Source of the DNA: a virus
Lineage: Duplodnaviria; Caudoviricetes
IMG/VR virus record: IMGVR_UViG_3300014205_000212
Span: 1 to 64,000 of that record
DNA length: 64,000 bases
Strand: one strand, 5' to 3'
The translations under genes were made by a program, and so were the position numbers. Of the stretch, positions 8,703 to 17,207 are shown in pieces; within the stretch, counting starts at the first letter, position 1; each line of letters begins with the position of its first letter. The notes below the pieces were generated by a model. The model had not been told where the DNA came from and did not search any database. It saw only the letters and a list, made by a program, of their open reading frames with translations.

Positions 8703-8804
8703 GGAGAAGACTATCTATGTATACGCTGATAGGAGGTATCAATACAAGAGATGAATTATTTTCTGAATTGTATTTGATTGAAGGTTCGAATCCTTACTTC
8801 TCCA
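8703..8804 (+). ncRNA. tRNA-like element with an atypical long central arm
   Basis: 7-bp acceptor GGAGAAG/CTTCTCC plus A; CTATC/GATAG arm; long ATCAATACAA/TTGTATTTGAT arm; AAGG-TTCGAAT-CCTT T-arm. No D-loop GG and no normal anticodon loop. Confidence 0.4.
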
Positions 8805-8832
8805 CTAATTTTTATTGTTTAATTTTAATAAT

Positions 8833-9225
8833 ATGGAAAATAAATTTGATAAGATGACTATTCTCTTTAATAATATTTCTATTTTAAATAATGAAATTAA
8901 AGATATTGAAGATATAGCTATGAATGTAGCCAATGGAAATATTAAAGCTAAAATTAACCTACTTGTGGAAGATTTACGCAAGGTTAAAGATAATCTATTT
9001 GATAAAGATGGTTCTTTAATTAATAAAAATAATAATAATGAACAAGAAGAATATCATATGAGATTTAAAAAATTAGGATTTCTTCACTTCGATAAACCTA
9101 AAGATTTTTCTTTTAAATATGATATATCTGAAGAGATAACATTAAAAGTTCTTGCTATTGTTCTTAATGAGAAAAATAACATGAAGAATTCCTTACTAAA
9201 TGAATTAACTAAAATAAATCAATAA
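8833..9225 (+). CDS. Hypothetical protein
   Basis: 130 aa from ATG 8833. Confidence 0.7.
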   Translation: MENKFDKMTILFNNISILNNEIKDIEDIAMNVANGNIKAKINLLVEDLRKVKDNLFDKDGSLINKNNNNEQEEYHMRFKKLGFLHFDKPKDFSFKYDISEEITLKVLAIVLNEKNNMKNSLLNELTKINQ

Positions 9226-9235
9226 TATTAAGATT

Positions 9236-10048
9236 ATGGAAACATTTGAAACTTTAAAACCAGAAATTGTAAAAAGAGCTAAACAAGAAGGTGCTTGTGA
9301 ACCTGAATTTAAAAGAGTAATTAAATCTACTAATTCAAAAGAACTTTGTCAGGTTATAAAAGACAATTTCAATTGGGCTTATAAACACAAAATAATTGAT
9401 TGTGAATTAATAAAAAAATTTGAAGATATATTTTCTGAACAGGATATATATCAAAACCAATCTATAAGTACAGGCTATTTGCTTTGTGATTCTGCTAGTG
9501 TTGAAGCTTATGATTCTGCTATTGTTAAAGCTTATGATTCTGCTATTGTTAAAGCTTATGATTCTGCTAGTGTTAAAGCTTATGATTCTGCTAATGTTGA
9601 AGCTTATGATTCTGCTAATGTTGAAGCTTATAATTCTGCTAATGTTGAAGCTTATAATTCTGCTAATGTTAAAGCTTATAATTCTGCTAATGTTAAAGCT
9701 TATAATTCTGCTATTGTTAAAGCTTATGATTCTGCTAGTGTTAAAGCTTATGATTCTGCTAATGTTGAAGCTTATAATTCTGCTAGTGTTGAAGCTTATG
9801 ATTCTGCTAATGTTGAAGCTAATAATTCTGCTAATGTTGAAGCTTATAATTCTGCTAATGTTGAAGCTTATAATTCTGCTAGTGTTATAGCTTATGATTT
9901 TGCTAGTGTTAAAGCTTATGGTTTTGCTTATATAAATTGTATTAACACTATTGAAATAAAGATATCTGAAAATGCAATTTATAGATTACATGATGAAATA
10001 TATTATTCTAATCCAAATATGAAATTTAATCTTGTAAAAAATGAATAA
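9236..10048 (+). CDS. Protein with 18 tandem octapeptide repeats (predicted beta-solenoid)
   Basis: (D/N)SA(S/N/I)V(E/K)AY x18. Confidence 0.85.
   Translation: METFETLKPEIVKRAKQEGACEPEFKRVIKSTNSKELCQVIKDNFNWAYKHKIIDCELIKKFEDIFSEQDIYQNQSISTGYLLCDSASVEAYDSAIVKAYDSAIVKAYDSASVKAYDSANVEAYDSANVEAYNSANVEAYNSANVKAYNSANVKAYNSAIVKAYDSASVKAYDSANVEAYNSASVEAYDSANVEANNSANVEAYNSANVEAYNSASVIAYDFASVKAYGFAYINCINTIEIKISENAIYRLHDEIYYSNPNMKFNLVKNE
9488..9919 (+). repeat. 24-bp coding tandem repeat, 18 copies
   Basis: Unit (G/A)ATTCTGCTA(G/A/T)TGTT(G/A)AAGCTTAT. Confidence 0.95.
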
Positions 10049-10277
10049 GATACTTATTATAATAATAACTATTAATCTGTTTAGCTGGTTACTCCAGCTA
10101 GCAGATTATATGATGTATAAATCTTTTAATCGTGGTAACTACTATAGTGCTATTGATGAATCACTACATCATTATTCTATTAAGAAAGATAGATACTTCA
10201 TTAAAGGATTGTTTTTGTTTGATTTATTATCTATTATTGCTTTGTTTAGTCTATTAATTAATTTAATTTTAAAATAA
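10041..10277 (+). CDS. Small membrane protein
   Basis: Two hydrophobic segments. Confidence 0.65.
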   Translation: MNKILIIIITINLFSWLLQLADYMMYKSFNRGNYYSAIDESLHHYSIKKDRYFIKGLFLFDLLSIIALFSLLINLILK

Positions 10278-10618
10278 TTAAACCTACAGTTTCAAGATAT
10301 TGCCAATATGATAATAAATTAGAAAAGTATTATATCAAATATGTAGATGAGATATATGAAATTTTAAAAAAAGAATATCCTGAGATCACAAAAAAACAAA
10401 TAAACCATACACTTAAATTCTTTATAAGGAATATGGTTATTGTAATAAGAGGTAAATGGGATATTAATCTTTCTGGGTATTTTATTATCATAAGGAAATT
10501 GAAGATAAGACATATCGTACCTTTTAATATCATTAAATATTCTTTTGATATATATCAGAAACTATTTGGAGATGATGATGCTGTAATAAATATTAAAAAA
10601 TTAAGAAATAATGAATAA
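10277..10618 (+). CDS. Possible HU/IHF-like DNA-binding protein (start uncertain)
   Basis: The frame of track ORF 10433..10618 stays open upstream with no ATG. ITKKQINHTLKFFIRNMVIVIRGKWDINLSGYFII resembles the HU fold. Confidence 0.35.
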   Translation: MKPTVSRYCQYDNKLEKYYIKYVDEIYEILKKEYPEITKKQINHTLKFFIRNMVIVIRGKWDINLSGYFIIIRKLKIRHIVPFNIIKYSFDIYQKLFGDDDAVINIKKLRNNE

Positions 10619-10636
10619 TAATATAAAAATAATAAT

Positions 10637-10936
10637 ATGTCGATGTCTAAAGCACAAGGATTTTTAATTAAACAATGTTTAAAATCTCCTACTATAAAAT
10701 CCCCTTGGGATATAATTCATCAAGATAATATTGCTAAAGAAAAATTTCACAGAGGATATATTCCTTATTATGGTGATTCATTTAGTAATTGTACAGTATT
10801 TAAATCATATAAAACAAATATATCTTATGGATATACAAAAACTTTGATATCTGATAAATTACCTGAAAGAAATGAATTATGTATTTGTGGATCTGGAATT
10901 AAATTTAAAAAATGTTGTTTAACTAAATATAATTAA
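10637..10936 (+). CDS. SEC-C motif protein
   Basis: C-terminal PERNELCICGSGIKFKKCC. Confidence 0.8.
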   Translation: MSMSKAQGFLIKQCLKSPTIKSPWDIIHQDNIAKEKFHRGYIPYYGDSFSNCTVFKSYKTNISYGYTKTLISDKLPERNELCICGSGIKFKKCCLTKYN

Positions 10937-10938
10937 TT

Positions 10939-11199
10939 ATGATGCAGTCAATGAATAGTCCATACATTAAAATGTATGATGAAAAAGGATTTTTAACTAA
11001 TCCTATTAGTGAAGATTATAAATCTGAGTATCCAAATCGTACAAAGAGAAGAGAGGAAATGAATATACCCCGATTTAAAGGTAATAATAAGGGTGTATCA
11101 ATGACATATTCACCTCATGGTACATTTACTAAAGAAAATCAAAATATCACATTAAAAGATGGTTCTGTAAAGATTATTAATCATTATAGAACTAAATAA
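10939..11199 (+). CDS. Hypothetical protein
   Basis: 86-aa ORF in operon. Confidence 0.65.
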   Translation: MMQSMNSPYIKMYDEKGFLTNPISEDYKSEYPNRTKRREEMNIPRFKGNNKGVSMTYSPHGTFTKENQNITLKDGSVKIINHYRTK

Positions 11200-11272
11200 T
11201 AAATTAAGGCTTTAATTGTAGGTTTACCTTCTAATGAAACCTACTTATCTATTAATCTTAAATATTAAAATT

Positions 11273-11635
11273 ATGAAAAGAGTATTTAAATCATATTTTG
11301 ACAGATCTGTATTTTATGTATTCTTTGTAATATGTATTACTACAACAATATGTTCATTCTTCCCTTTCGATTTATTGAGTATATTAACTATTGGAACTTC
11401 TTTTATTATTCTTATATCTGTTTATTATCTTTCTACAAGAATAGAATATATGAAATATTATTATCCTATTGTACAAGAATATATAGATGGTCCTTTTAAT
11501 TATCCTTTAAAATGTAAAATTACAAAACATGGAATAGGTAGCTTATCCTGTAAATGTTGTAAGCATAATATAGGTAGATCACAAGATAAAACATATTGGA
11601 TTCAATGTTCTAAAATTTATAAAGCTATAAAATGA
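11273..11635 (+). CDS. Membrane protein with Cys-rich C-terminus
   Basis: Two hydrophobic helices; start reassigned to MKRVFK. Confidence 0.6.
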   Translation: MKRVFKSYFDRSVFYVFFVICITTTICSFFPFDLLSILTIGTSFIILISVYYLSTRIEYMKYYYPIVQEYIDGPFNYPLKCKITKHGIGSLSCKCCKHNIGRSQDKTYWIQCSKIYKAIK

Positions 11636-11928
11636 TTAAAGTACATTCAGAATATGGATTAAATGCCTATATTATTGATAAAGGTATTCTTAGTACTATT
11701 GGTGCATATCCTTTAAAAGAATGTGTCTATGATACCTTAAAATCAATAATTGATGATAATAAATATTATCCGGATGATATTAATGTTTATATAAGAAAAT
11801 ATAATCATAAACAATCTAAAGAATATTTAGATATAATTATATTCTTTATTAATAATAGTATCAAAAAGAATGAAATATTTTCTAATAAAATATCTGATTT
11901 TACTAGAGAATTAATAATTAATAATTAA
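11632..11928 (+). CDS. Hypothetical protein
   Basis: 98-aa ORF ending just before cassette array A. Confidence 0.65.
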   Translation: MIKVHSEYGLNAYIIDKGILSTIGAYPLKECVYDTLKSIIDDNKYYPDDINVYIRKYNHKQSKEYLDIIIFFINNSIKKNEIFSNKISDFTRELIINN

Positions 11929-11931
11929 ATA

Positions 11932-12174
11932 TTACGGCTGTGATATGCGATGTTTGGCGATTACGAGAACAAACCTATCAAAATACATAGAACGTGGACA
12001 ATACAATATTATGGAAACGATAAACTATTTATATGAATAAGAAAGAAAAAAGAATCCAAATTATCGCAATGCTTTACCAAAACATGGATAAAGTAGATGC
12101 AGATGAAACATTAAAACTTATTGATGAATTCAGCACTATGGCAGTAATAAATAATGCCGTATTACCGCATGTTA
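11932..12174 (+). repeat. attC-like site A0 (degenerate/chimeric; TTAC instead of TAAC; arms do not match)
   Basis: Right arm AATGCCGTATTACCGC-A-TGTTA is nearly identical to the right arm of site E0. Confidence 0.6.
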
Positions 12175-12293
12175 TAAACCGAAGGGAACTGTTAATTGAT
12201 TTTTCTATGAAAAGAAATAAAGCACCTGAAGAATTTAAGGCGCAATATGAGAAAGAAGTTGATGACTACTTAAAATCAATTAATAGTTTATAA
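12033..12293 (+). CDS. Cassette hypothetical protein (starts inside the A0 loop; stop is the TAA of TAAC)
   Basis: 86-aa ORF crossing GTTA in frame (NAVLPHVINR). Confidence 0.7.
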   Translation: MNKKEKRIQIIAMLYQNMDKVDADETLKLIDEFSTMAVINNAVLPHVINRRELLIDFSMKRNKAPEEFKAQYEKEVDDYLKSINSL

Positions 12294-12414
12294 CGGTTAC
12301 AAATATGAAACGGCAGGGATTACGTGCAAAACCCTATCAGCCGACTACAAATGATGAATAGTAGCACAAAGTATAAAATAAGCATTACGCCCTGCTGTTT
12401 TATATTTGATGTTA
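12291..12414 (+). repeat. attC-like hairpin A1 (124 bp)
   Basis: TAAC-GGTTA-CAAATATGAAACGGCAGGG...CCCTGCTGTTTTATATTTG-AT-GTTA; 19-bp stem with 2 G.T. Confidence 0.9.
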
Positions 12415-12435
12415 TGGTGCGTTTATTTTACTAAC

Positions 12436-12663
12436 ATGGTTGATTTTAACGGATTAGACACAAAAAAAAATGCTGTAAAACTTCAAGTAAAAACAGCAAC
12501 GATATTTATTTGGAAAGAAAGTAACTTAACTGCCCTTATTTCTGTTAGAGATAAAGATGGCAAAGCATTATGGCAAAAGGCGCATTGTGATGCTTCTGAC
12601 TTACCATTTGCTATTGAAGTTGCTAACAGAAATATACAGACTGGTATGTTTGAAACGGATTAA
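12436..12663 (+). CDS. Cassette hypothetical protein
   Basis: 75 aa from ATG 12436 within body 12411-12675. Confidence 0.65.
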   Translation: MVDFNGLDTKKNAVKLQVKTATIFIWKESNLTALISVRDKDGKALWQKAHCDASDLPFAIEVANRNIQTGMFETD

Positions 12664-12671
12664 ATGCACCA

Positions 12672-12759
12672 TAACGGTCGGCAATATGAAACGGTTGCCT
12701 TGTAAGACGTTTCAAATTTAGTAATAGCCTATCGGCAACTGTTTTTATATTGCTTGTTA
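12672..12759 (+). repeat. attC-like hairpin A2 (88 bp)
   Basis: GCAATATGAAACGGTTGCC/GGCAACTGTTTTTATATTGC. Confidence 0.9.
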
Positions 12760-12780
12760 GGCACAGTTAAATTTAAAACC

Positions 12781-12951
12781 ATGAAAAGAATAACTATTTG
12801 GTTAATGAAGCGCCAACTAAAAGCAGCAAAAAATTATCGTAATAATTTAGATAATAGTATTGTAATTAAAGCATATGACTACGTTATAAAGAATTACGAA
12901 GATACAATAATGTTTTTGCGTGCTGAACTTAAATCGAAGGCACGGTCTTAA
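12781..12951 (+). CDS. Cassette hypothetical protein
   Basis: 56 aa from ATG 12781 within body 12756-12962. Confidence 0.6.
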   Translation: MKRITIWLMKRQLKAAKNYRNNLDNSIVIKAYDYVIKNYEDTIMFLRAELKSKARS

Positions 12952-12958
12952 TTATGCC

Positions 12959-13084
12959 TAACGTTGATAATATGAAAAGTTGGGGGATTAAAAGAGCAAA
13001 AATATCGGGTCGCAACCGAAGCCTTGACGGTAGCTGGGAGGTAACATACACCGCTGCACCCCCAATTTTTTATATTATGTGTTA
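12959..13084 (+). repeat. attC-like hairpin A3 (126 bp)
   Basis: ATAATATGAAAAGTTGGGGG/CCCCCAATTTTTTATATTAT; 20-bp stem with 2 G.T. Confidence 0.9.
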
Positions 13085-13123
13085 GCAACTGGGCTTTATT
13101 TATAAACTTAAAACTAAATAAAA

Positions 13124-13330
13124 ATGGAAGTAAATGATTTAATAGACCTTAGATTCACTTCATCTACTAAGGGACCCATTCCTATCTCAAGAACTATAGA
13201 TGGGAAATTTGCCCTTATTAATGGAACATTCAGAGGTATAATTGACATAGGCTCTACTTGGAAATGTAGAATAGATAAAATAGAAAAGTTTAAAGTTATA
13301 ATAAGTCCAATATCATTACAGAAATTATAA
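13124..13330 (+). CDS. Hypothetical protein (TRAM-like beta-barrel possible)
   Basis: 68-aa ORF; PISRTIDGKFALI...GSTWKCRI...VII. Confidence 0.55.
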   Translation: MEVNDLIDLRFTSSTKGPIPISRTIDGKFALINGTFRGIIDIGSTWKCRIDKIEKFKVIISPISLQKL

Positions 13331-13354
13331 TAATAATTAATAAATTTCAATATT

Positions 13355-13747
13355 ATGGAAACAAAAAACAATGTATTAGTCGTTCTTAAATCTAAGTTAG
13401 ACTATAAAGAAAACAAATCAAATACAAGAGAGTTTACAAAAGAAGAGATAACTTTACTAAGAGAGTACTGTATCTCTTTAGATTACCATTTTTCAATTAA
13501 TAAGCAAAACAAGATAGTTAAGATATTCAATCCTATTACATTTAAATATGGATACCTTAAAGTTCTTAATAATGAGATATGCTATGGCTATTTCGTTAAA
13601 GAGAACGATAATTCTAAATTTATTGTAAAATATAATGTTCTCTTAGAGTTAAATAACTTTAAAAAAATAAAAGGTTATAATATAAGAGTAAATAGAATGA
13701 TCCAATCTGTTATGTTTGGTATATATGACTTAGAAATTTTAAAATAA
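13355..13747 (+). CDS. Hypothetical protein
   Basis: 130-aa ORF. Confidence 0.65.
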   Translation: METKNNVLVVLKSKLDYKENKSNTREFTKEEITLLREYCISLDYHFSINKQNKIVKIFNPITFKYGYLKVLNNEICYGYFVKENDNSKFIVKYNVLLELNNFKKIKGYNIRVNRMIQSVMFGIYDLEILK

Positions 13748-13755
13748 ATAGAATA

Positions 13756-14145
13756 ATGAAAAGAGATATTGATTGGAAAGGATTTCAAGAAAATGTAGAA
13801 ACCTATATTAAAAAAAATAGAGGCATAGGTGCAAAGTTTTTAAAAATATTATTCGATAATTATTCTACAAAGGGTATAAAAAATTTGAATATACAAAAAA
13901 CTGTAAAAAGTGATTTAGGTATTATTAGCGATAATACTTCTAACTTAGAAAATATTTTAGGAATGCTACACGAATTTAGGAATTGGAATAGGGAATGGGA
14001 TATTTACTTTGCAAAACACCCTAAAAATGTTGATGAGTTTGCAAAATTATTGTCAAAAAGATACAAAGTTAAACGTGTTAACGTTAATTATAAAAAATCG
14101 GTGAGGAGTTCGGAGCTACGGAACTATCAACTGATACAAAACTAA
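13756..14145 (+). CDS. Hypothetical protein reading into hairpin B0
   Basis: 129-aa ORF; the last ~22 codons are the left arm/loop of B0. Confidence 0.6.
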   Translation: MKRDIDWKGFQENVETYIKKNRGIGAKFLKILFDNYSTKGIKNLNIQKTVKSDLGIISDNTSNLENILGMLHEFRNWNREWDIYFAKHPKNVDEFAKLLSKRYKVKRVNVNYKKSVRSSELRNYQLIQN

Positions 14146-14203
14146 TTTAGTAGCAAGTGGTTTAAAATAAGCACGATACCCCACTGTTTTTTATAATGTG
14201 TTA
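14079..14203 (+). repeat. attC-like hairpin B0 (125 bp)
   Basis: TAAC-GTTA-ATTATAAAAAATCGGTGAGG...CCCCACTGTTTTTTATAAT-GT-GTTA. Confidence 0.8.
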
Positions 14204-14252
14204 TCGGCTGCCTTTTTAAAATTTAATTATTCACTTAAAAACTTAAATAACA

Positions 14253-14585
14253 ATGGAACAAATTAGAAATTCAGACCTTATCGAAGGTAAGACTATTGAA
14301 AGAACGGATTATTTAGATAATAAATTCTTTCTATTTTTTACAGACAATACCTTTTGTATAATATCAGGTTGTGGCTGGGATGAAAAAGATGTTGAATTTA
14401 ATGAAAATGAATTTGAAGTTGAACCTAATACAAGCAACTACGATGATCTTAAAAGTATTGGAATTATTGATGAAGCTACCTTCTTTAAATTTAAAGATCT
14501 TAAAGAACAAAATAGCAAAGAGTATAGAAAGCAACAAGACATTAAACAACTTAATGAATTACGCAAAAAGTATCCAGATGCGTAA
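14253..14585 (+). CDS. Cassette hypothetical protein
   Basis: 110-aa ORF after GTTATCGGCTG. Confidence 0.7.
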   Translation: MEQIRNSDLIEGKTIERTDYLDNKFFLFFTDNTFCIISGCGWDEKDVEFNENEFEVEPNTSNYDDLKSIGIIDEATFFKFKDLKEQNSKEYRKQQDIKQLNELRKKYPDA

Positions 14586-14666
14586 GGTTGCCGTATTAAA
14601 TACGAGAAATAAAATTTCAATTTACAACAAAACTACACGGGCAAAATGGCGTATGAGCCCGTGTTA
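14578..14666 (+). repeat. attC-like site B1, outer left arm deleted
   Basis: Remnant GATGCGTAAGGTTGCC; intact right arm GGCAAAATGGCGTATGAGCCCGTGTTA. Confidence 0.6.
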
Positions 14667-14701
14667 GCAGTTGTTTTTATTAATCTAAATATAAATTTAT
14701 T

Positions 14702-15079
14702 ATGAAATACGAAATTAAATATAAAGAACTTGAAAGTTATTTAACTTCTTTACCTGAAAAAGAATTTCAGGACAAAAAATATAATCCAAACGGAATTATT
14801 AAAGAGGCAGAATTGATGACAGATATTGACTTTTTTAAAAAAGATAAATCGAAATTCCCAATAAGTAAAGTTATTGATTACGGAATGCCATTTTTACTTG
14901 ATGCTTTAGGCAATGATTTATCTATATGTATTTTAACTAAAAGAAAATTTAAGCTACCAACTGGAAGACCAATACAAGCTAAATTAGACCGTACAATTAT
15001 ATCAAATTGTCGAAAAATATATGGAACACCTTTGAATGGATGCTGGGTAATACCTGAGCAGTTCGTGGTTTTAAAATAA
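14702..15079 (+). CDS. Cassette hypothetical protein
   Basis: 125-aa ORF filling body 14663-15087. Confidence 0.75.
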   Translation: MKYEIKYKELESYLTSLPEKEFQDKKYNPNGIIKEAELMTDIDFFKKDKSKFPISKVIDYGMPFLLDALGNDLSICILTKRKFKLPTGRPIQAKLDRTIISNCRKIYGTPLNGCWVIPEQFVVLK

Positions 15080-15083
15080 CTGC

Positions 15084-15207
15084 TAACCGTTGAAGCTATG
15101 ACCAGTAAAGGATTACGGAGCGATGCACTATCCACCGATACTAAGCTGGATGCGAGCTACAACGTTTGATTAACCACCACAACCTTTATTGGTTATAGCT
15201 TGTGTTA
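15084..15207 (+). repeat. attC-like hairpin B2 (124 bp)
   Basis: AAGCTATGACCAGTAAAGG/CCTTTATTGGTTATAGCTT; 2 G.T. Confidence 0.9.
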
Positions 15208-15253
15208 GTGCCAGTTATTTATTTGATTATCAATTTTTAAAAACAAAAATACA

Positions 15254-15820
15254 ATGAAGAAAATTAGCACACTTTACAAAAAAGACCCGAACGATTTAAG
15301 CAGGGTAATTAATGAAATTGCACCCGAAAATAAATGGGTAATTGATGGCGAAGGTATTCCGACACGCAAGTTTGATGGAACTGCAACCGCTATTATTGAT
15401 GGCGAATTATACAAACGATACGATGTTAAAAAAGGTAAGCAAGTGCCACTAAATGCGATACCATGCCAAGAGGCTGACGAAATTACAGGACACCACCCGC
15501 ATTGGATTAAATGCGACCGAAACAACCCAGCTGATAAATGGCATTTTGTTGGTTTTGATGCCTTAGAAAATAAAGAAGATGGAACTTATGAACTTTGTGG
15601 CGAAAAATTACAAGGCAACCCAGAACATTTAACTGGACACATTTTAGTTAAACACGGAATAGAAGTATTACCAGTAACCGACTTTTCATTTGAAGGAATA
15701 AAAAACTACTTATCAAATTCTGAATTAGATATTGAGGGTATTGTTTTTCATCATAAAAACGATGGGCGTATGTGCAAAATTCGCAAATGCGATTTCGGTA
15801 TCAAGCGGGCTGTTTTATAA
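15254..15820 (+). CDS. Cassette-borne RNA ligase-like nucleotidyltransferase (DUF5565/RLIG1-like)
   Basis: Motif I TRKFDGT, YELCG, motif IV EGIVFHH, motif V CKIR. Confidence 0.7.
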   Translation: MKKISTLYKKDPNDLSRVINEIAPENKWVIDGEGIPTRKFDGTATAIIDGELYKRYDVKKGKQVPLNAIPCQEADEITGHHPHWIKCDRNNPADKWHFVGFDALENKEDGTYELCGEKLQGNPEHLTGHILVKHGIEVLPVTDFSFEGIKNYLSNSELDIEGIVFHHKNDGRMCKIRKCDFGIKRAVL

Positions 15821-15827
15821 TTGGCAC

Positions 15828-15951
15828 TAACGGATTATATATGCGTTCGGTTGCTGACGCAAAACAGCACCAACTTAATTTAAAAAACAAAAGTAAAATG
15901 AAAGCACAAGACAACAAAAAAGAGAAAGCAACTGACGTATATACGTTGTTA
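15828..15951 (+). repeat. attC-like hairpin B3 (124 bp) containing a start codon
   Basis: TATATGCGTTCGGTTGCT/AGCAACTGACGTATATA; ATG at 15898 in the loop. Confidence 0.9.
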
Positions 15952-16107
15952 CCTGCCGTTTTAGATGAGATCATTGAATACATTGAAGATACTGAACAAA
16001 CCATTGATGGTGAATGGGGTTCGTGTAGAGACTTGAAAGAGTTGATTAGAGATAAACAAATGCCTGAATTATATGATAAGTTAATTGCTTTGAGAAATGG
16101 CAGGTAA
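15898..16107 (+). CDS. Cassette hypothetical protein (starts in the B3 loop; stop is the TAA of TAAC)
   Basis: 69 aa, MKAQDNKKEKATDVYTLLPAVLDE... Confidence 0.7.
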   Translation: MKAQDNKKEKATDVYTLLPAVLDEIIEYIEDTEQTIDGEWGSCRDLKELIRDKQMPELYDKLIALRNGR

Positions 16108-16141
16108 CTCACTTATATATACAGTTCAAAATATTGAAGTA
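16105..16141 (-). other. attI-like array-terminal site T1
   Basis: + strand TAACTCACTTATATATACAGTTCAAAATATTGAAGTA; homologous to T2 and T3. Confidence 0.7.
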
Positions 16142-16392
16142 TGCCAAAACTAATAGAATCGGTAGATATAAAAAATAGAATAATAGAACTGATTAATAAT
16201 AATAATTTATTTATTAATGATGAACTTCAAATTTTTGAAGCACTTATTAATAAATATAAACCTATATCCATTTCTAATTGTTCTAATCTTTTAGGAAAAA
16301 AATATAACTCTATAAAGTATATGGTTAACCATAATTCTTTACCTTTTATTTCTATTAATAATAGTAAACATATTTTAAAATCTTTAATATAA
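16141..16392 (+). CDS. Small HTH protein (excisionase/MerR-like HTH suspected)
   Basis: ISISNCSNLLGKKYNSIKYMVNHNSLPFISINNSKHIL. Confidence 0.5.
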   Translation: MPKLIESVDIKNRIIELINNNNLFINDELQIFEALINKYKPISISNCSNLLGKKYNSIKYMVNHNSLPFISINNSKHILKSLI

Positions 16393-16396
16393 TTAT

Positions 16397-16858
16397 ATGG
16401 AAATTTTAAATTTAATTTTGATAGGAGTAATATCAAGTGGTATTACTCTTATGTATCAAAGAGGATTTTTTCCGGGAATGATATTTCATTCTTGGTTTAG
16501 ATGGTTAATAATGACAAAGTATGAAATATTAGCTAAAATATTAGGCAAATGTCATTATTGTAATGGATTCTGGATAAATATTATTATAACCTTTTTATTT
16601 ACTCATAACTGGCTTTATTTCATCATAACTTCAGGTTCTTGGTATTTATGTACAGTTATCGTTTCTAATGTAATAGAATGTATTTATGTGCCAATAATAT
16701 ATAAATCAGCCTTAGATTGGTGGAACAGTTTAAATATATTCGAAAAAAGTAATTTAACTGAAAAATATAAAATTAATGTTCCTGATAATGGATTAAAAGG
16801 AATAAATCAATATATAATACAAGGAATAGCAAATAAAGAAAAAATATTAATAAAATAA
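16397..16858 (+). CDS. Membrane protein, DUF1360-like
   Basis: Hydrophobic helices and LGKCHYCNGFW. Confidence 0.55.
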   Translation: MEILNLILIGVISSGITLMYQRGFFPGMIFHSWFRWLIMTKYEILAKILGKCHYCNGFWINIIITFLFTHNWLYFIITSGSWYLCTVIVSNVIECIYVPIIYKSALDWWNSLNIFEKSNLTEKYKINVPDNGLKGINQYIIQGIANKEKILIK

Positions 16859-16877
16859 TAATATAATTAATTTAATT

Positions 16878-17159
16878 ATGAATTACGAAGAATATTTACA
16901 AAAAGGGAAAGAACTCGAATCAGAATTTGAGAATAAGAAAACAGAATTAATGAAAGAATTTGTAAAGGCAAATAATCCTTATAAAATTGGTGACAAAATA
17001 ACAGACCATATTGGCTCAATAATTATTGAAAAAATGGGGTTTGCGTGGGGTTTCGGTAATAAGCCATGTGCCACATATACAGGTTTAGAACTTAAAAAAG
17101 ATGGCACTCCAACTAAAAAAGAATCACGTAGACAAGTGTGGCAGTCAAATATTGTCTAA
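16878..17159 (+). CDS. Hypothetical protein, probable eroded cassette gene
   Basis: 93 aa; stop is the TAA of TAAC at site C0. Confidence 0.7.
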   Translation: MNYEEYLQKGKELESEFENKKTELMKEFVKANNPYKIGDKITDHIGSIIIEKMGFAWGFGNKPCATYTGLELKKDGTPTKKESRRQVWQSNIV

Positions 17160-17168
17160 CATATGTTA
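17157..17168 (+). repeat. Collapsed attC-like site C0
   Basis: TAAC-ATAT-GTTA: both boxes present with the interior deleted, followed by CCGCCAG like other body starts. Confidence 0.6.
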
Positions 17169-17207
17169 CCGCCAGTTTTTATTTATTAATCTTAATATCA
17201 AAACTAT

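Larger units (their letters stand above)
11932..13091 (+). mobile_element. Integron-like cassette array A (4 hairpin sites, 3 complete cassette bodies)
   Basis: Bodies with complementary ends: 12171-12294 (GTTATAAAC/GTTTATAAC), 12411-12675 (GTTATGGTGC/GCACCATAAC), 12756-12962 (GTTAGGCA/TGCCTAAC). Confidence 0.8.
14079..16141 (+). mobile_element. Integron-like cassette array B ending in attI-like site T1
   Basis: Bodies 14663-15087, 15204-15831 and 15948-16108 each have 10/10 complementary ends. Body 14200-~14585 has lost its 3' end. Confidence 0.85.

Noticed and set aside
7264-8804. Functional canonical tRNA or tmRNA genes
   Set aside because: No anticodon stem-loop or D-loop GG; no G3.U70 pair or tag ORF. 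Kept only as tRNA-like elements.
9486-9890. 134-aa Leu/Ile/Met-rich ORF
   Set aside because: Alternate-frame by-product of the 24-bp repeat.
9488-9919. CRISPR array
   Set aside because: Contiguous in-frame coding repeats with no unique spacers.
12618-12627. AGTTGCTAAC as the partner end of GTTAGCAACT (13081)
   Set aside because: It lies upstream, inside another cassette's ORF, with no hairpin following; probably chance.
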